Below are positions 120,795-124,000 of a stretch of DNA of 124,000 nucleotides, piece after piece (within the stretch, counting starts at the first letter, position 1; every line of letters begins with the position of its first letter). The stretch spans positions 20,001 through 144,000 of the forward strand of contig NW_008806280.1 in assembly GCF_000400465.1 (NCBI RefSeq), in the 5' to 3' direction. This DNA comes from Wallemia ichthyophaga EXF-994 (taxonomy: Eukaryota; Fungi; Basidiomycota). The notes under the pieces are model-generated. The model had not been told where the DNA came from. It did not search any database and was given only the letters and a program-made list of their open reading frames with translations. Position numbers and translations under genes: made by a program.

Positions 120795-123700
120795 TCAGGT
120801 GAATGGATTAGGATGTACTCGTTCCTTGGCGAGTTGGTCGAGTTGTCGTCTATACTCCCTGTCCTCTTCCTCTTGTCGTTGCTGAGCGAATATTAGTAAA
120901 CTATAATGGTATTCAAGACGACACTAACCAATCGTTCAGCAGCTTGTTGTTCTCTGTGTTGCTCACGCAGCCTTTCGCGCTCGTCTATATAAGTAAGAAA
121001 CCCAGTCTTAGATCTTGACTCAGTCGTGAGATGTATGTCAGTTGGTTGAGTTTCCGTGTATTGCTCTCTTGCCGCTTTCTTCCGTCTCTCAAACTGCTCT
121101 TTAGACTCTGCGTGCAACTCCTTAAAGTTTGGCATCTCAGTACTGCGAAACTCTTTCTGATCCTTCTCGAACTGTCGCCATTGTTTGACTCTACTTTGAA
121201 ATCGTTCAGAATGTAACTGATGCCTATGATCTGAGTGAAGACCAATTGTGTTTTGCTCAATGTTAGTTATAAGATTGGGCGTCATAGATCGTCTCTTTTT
121301 CTCCCGCTGCTCTTCTAGTCGTCTTATAGACTCTAGACGATGTGTCTTGTTGGGTGATGGGAAGACGTGATTGCGTTTGCGACGCTTGCTGGGTGAGAGA
121401 AGAGATGCAGATGTAGATGGAGCAGCACGTTTTAACGTCGAAGCATATTCTTGTTGCCGCTCTCGCGCAGTCTTGCCATCTACTTTGAGAGGACTGTTAC
121501 TTGACATAGTGGGTATAATACGCCGAGAGCGTGTATTCCTGTTAATGAACGGCGAAGACTGATGTGATTTCTGAGCGACTGTTAGTGTGATGTGTAGTGT
121601 AGAGTATTGCTTACTTTGATTGGTGATTTAGTCTTACGTGCACGTGGACCACCTGTAGCGAAATTGAATGCAACTGGTACAGTTGTCTTGTTTTGGCTTC
121701 TTTGAGCGTCTCGTTGGCGTCTGGCGAAGAGATCGTCTTTGTTGGTAGGAGATGGTGGCCGAGGCGCATCTGTAGCCTTTCGCTTCCCTTTGTTGGAAGA
121801 TATGGATTTTGTGTCATTTGGTGCGGATCGTGAATTATTCTTGCTTTTAGTAGCTTGACGTGATTCTCTGTCTATGCGTGTCGCTCTCCGATTCCCGTTA
121901 CTGGAACTAGCGCCATTCTCCTCCGCCTCGTCGATAAGTATACCAAGCTGGGCCATGACTTCTTCGCGCTCTATATGCTCCTTAGAAAGTCTATACTCCT
122001 CTTCACGAGTAGATTTCTCCAACTCTTCCGCTCTCTCACGCGCGAGCTCAACGCCTCTCGCCTTTTGCTTTGCTACCTTAGCCTCGCGTTTTTTGCCAGC
122101 ATCGCCGCGCTCGTGCGTTTGCTGCTGCTGTTGATTTCTCCGGAGCTGCTCACGTCGATTCTTTTGTTCTTCCTCGACAGTCACTGCTTCCCTCTGTGAG
122201 CGATTTTCTTCACGTTTCTTCACCAGCTCTTCGCGCTCCAATTTAGTTTTCTCTTCCTGCCTCTTCCTCCTCTCCTGCTCGCGTGTGGCACGCTCTTTGG
122301 AAAGCCTAGCAGCCTCTTCTTCACGCTTTTTGGAGAGCACAGCCTCCTCTCTTTCTTTGCGCTCCTGCCTTTGTCTTATGCCGTGTTGCTTAGCTGCGCG
122401 TATAGCCTCTTCTTGGCGATGCTTGGCGGCCTTTGTAGCCTGTTCGCGCTCATTTGCAAGTCTAGCAAAATGCCGTTCTTTTTCTAACCGTGCTTCTTCC
122501 TCTGCCTTCTGTTTGGTGATTCTGGCTTCTTTGTCGGCTTTCTCTTTAGCCAATATGGCGAGATGGCGATCTTTTTCGTCGCGTGCCTTTTTATCTGCTA
122601 TTTCTGTAGCGATTCGAGCCTCTTCATCGGATTTTTCTTTCGCTAGTCTTGCAAGATGACGTTCTCTCTCAATGCGTGCTTCCTCTTCTGCTTTTTGTTC
122701 GGCAATTTGTGCAAGTCTGGCCTGTTCGTCTCTTTCTTTCTCTAGTCTGGCGAGATGACGTTCTCTTTCAATGCGTGCTTCTTCTTCGGCTCTTTCTTGG
122801 GCGATTTGCGCTAGCCTAACTTGTTCATCTCTTTCTTTCGCTAGCCTCGCAAGATGAAGTTCTCTTTCAACGCGTGCATCTTCGTCAGCTTTCTCTTTCG
122901 CTAGTCTCGCAAGATGACGTTCTCTCTCAATGCGTGATTCCTCTTCTGCCTTTTGTTTGGCGATTTGCGCTAGTCTGGCTTCTTCGTCAACCTTTTCTTT
123001 CGCCAATCTGGCGAGATGTCGTTCTTTCTCAAGGTATGCTTCTTTCTCTGCAATTTCTTTAGCGATTCTTGCCTCAAGTTGCTCTTTTTCCTTTCTTTCT
123101 TGATCACGCTGTTTTTTTTCCCTAGCCTCTATCTCACGTTCTTCTTTCTCCTTAGCTTCAGTTTCTCTCTTACGTCTGGTGTCCTCTTTCTTGCGTTCCT
123201 CATTTGCGACTTTCTCAGCTTCGACTTTAGCAGCTTCGACTTTAGCAGCGTGTTCCAATTTAGCTGATCTAGCTTGACGAATTTCTTCTCTCTTTTTAGC
123301 CGCCTCTTCGCGTTTTCTAGCAGCTTCGCGCTGATTAGCGATTCGCTCAGCATCCAAGCGTTGAGCAAGTTCTTTATCTGCCAACTCTTTCTCAGCTTTA
123401 GCATCAGCTTCGATTCTCTCACGATCGATACGTTCAGTTTCGCGACGTTGAGCAGCTTCGACGCGTCTACGCGCTGCGTTATCTCTCTCCTCCTTCTCCT
123501 GTCTTTTACGTTCATTTTCTATACGCTCAGCCTCAGCTCTAGCTGCCATTTCTCGTGCTAGACGTGCCTCTTCACGTCGTCTGTTCGATTCAGCACGCTC
123601 AAGACGGAATTTCTCCTGCTCGGCGCGTGCCGCGTGAGCCTTTTCAGTGGCTATTCGTTGTAGACGGGCTTGTTCAGCAGATGCGTTTGCTTCTTGTTCT

Positions 123701-124000
123701 TTTTCTTTCTCGTCTGCCTGCCTCTGTCGGACTGCTTCTGCATCTGCTTCGGCCTCTTCTGCTGCTAAACGCGCCATATGCTCCTCTTTGGCTTTGCGGA
123801 TAGCGTCTTCTTTGTGTCGAGCTGCAGGTGGGGATTCATTTTCAGACTGCTGATTGATACGCGCTTTGGCAGCGTCGAGTACCAAATCGACGCGACTGGG
123901 GGTGTGTTTGGAGGGAGAAAGGCGTGTAGAGTGGCGCGTGGAAGAAGGTCTATTGACTGGTTGAAAGACATCTGGTCTCTTAACAGGGGATGCATTATTC
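120795..124000 (-). CDS. TPX2-like charged helical protein; 5' end outside window
   Basis: ORFs 121582-123885 and 120893-121507 join in frame through an intron; TVPVAFNFAT and PTDIHLTTESR motifs; last exon EEEDREYRRQL..RVHPNP. Confidence 0.6.
122445..123035 (-). repeat. Coding tandem repeat, seven copies of an E(R/K)ERHLARLAKE-like unit
   Basis: Recurrent tcttgcaagatgacgttctctc-like DNA; protein RHLARL at about 20-35 aa spacing. Confidence 0.85.

Noticed and set aside
122445-123035. Regularly spaced repeats as a CRISPR-like array
   Set aside because: Degenerate in-frame coding repeats of a eukaryotic protein with no unique spacers

Overview
Gene-dense, intron-rich fungal DNA. Basidiomycete-type proteins, introns of about 42-60 nt and very short intergenic gaps suggest a Wallemia-like genome (inference from gene style, not from a search). 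About 75 mostly housekeeping protein genes were assembled by hand across introns, including Tom1 HECT ligase, myosin-motor chitin synthase, Atg7, Atg5, Prp43, Sub2, Mex67, Sac3, Mcm7, polo kinase, TFIIIA, VelB-like and isocitrate lyase. No transposon, tRNA, rRNA or CRISPR array was recognised. Main observations: (1) the four unusually long ribosomal-protein introns (RPL30, two in RPS22, RPS17) are each closed by a long-range stem that brings effective length back near normal intron size, and one loop holds an snR44-like H/ACA snoRNA predicted to target 18S U106; (2) head-to-head genes with almost no gap, including RRP9/HCS1 with overlapping start codons; (3) SUB2 start codon split by an intron (unspliced reads AUG-UGA); (4) a C-terminally broken tandem profilin paralog; (5) an Upa2-like PAM2/coiled-coil protein; (6) an isocitrate lyase PTS1 that exists only after splicing of the last intron; (7) a TPX2-like protein with charged helical repeats. 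Exon boundaries and RNA pairings were read by eye and are approximate.
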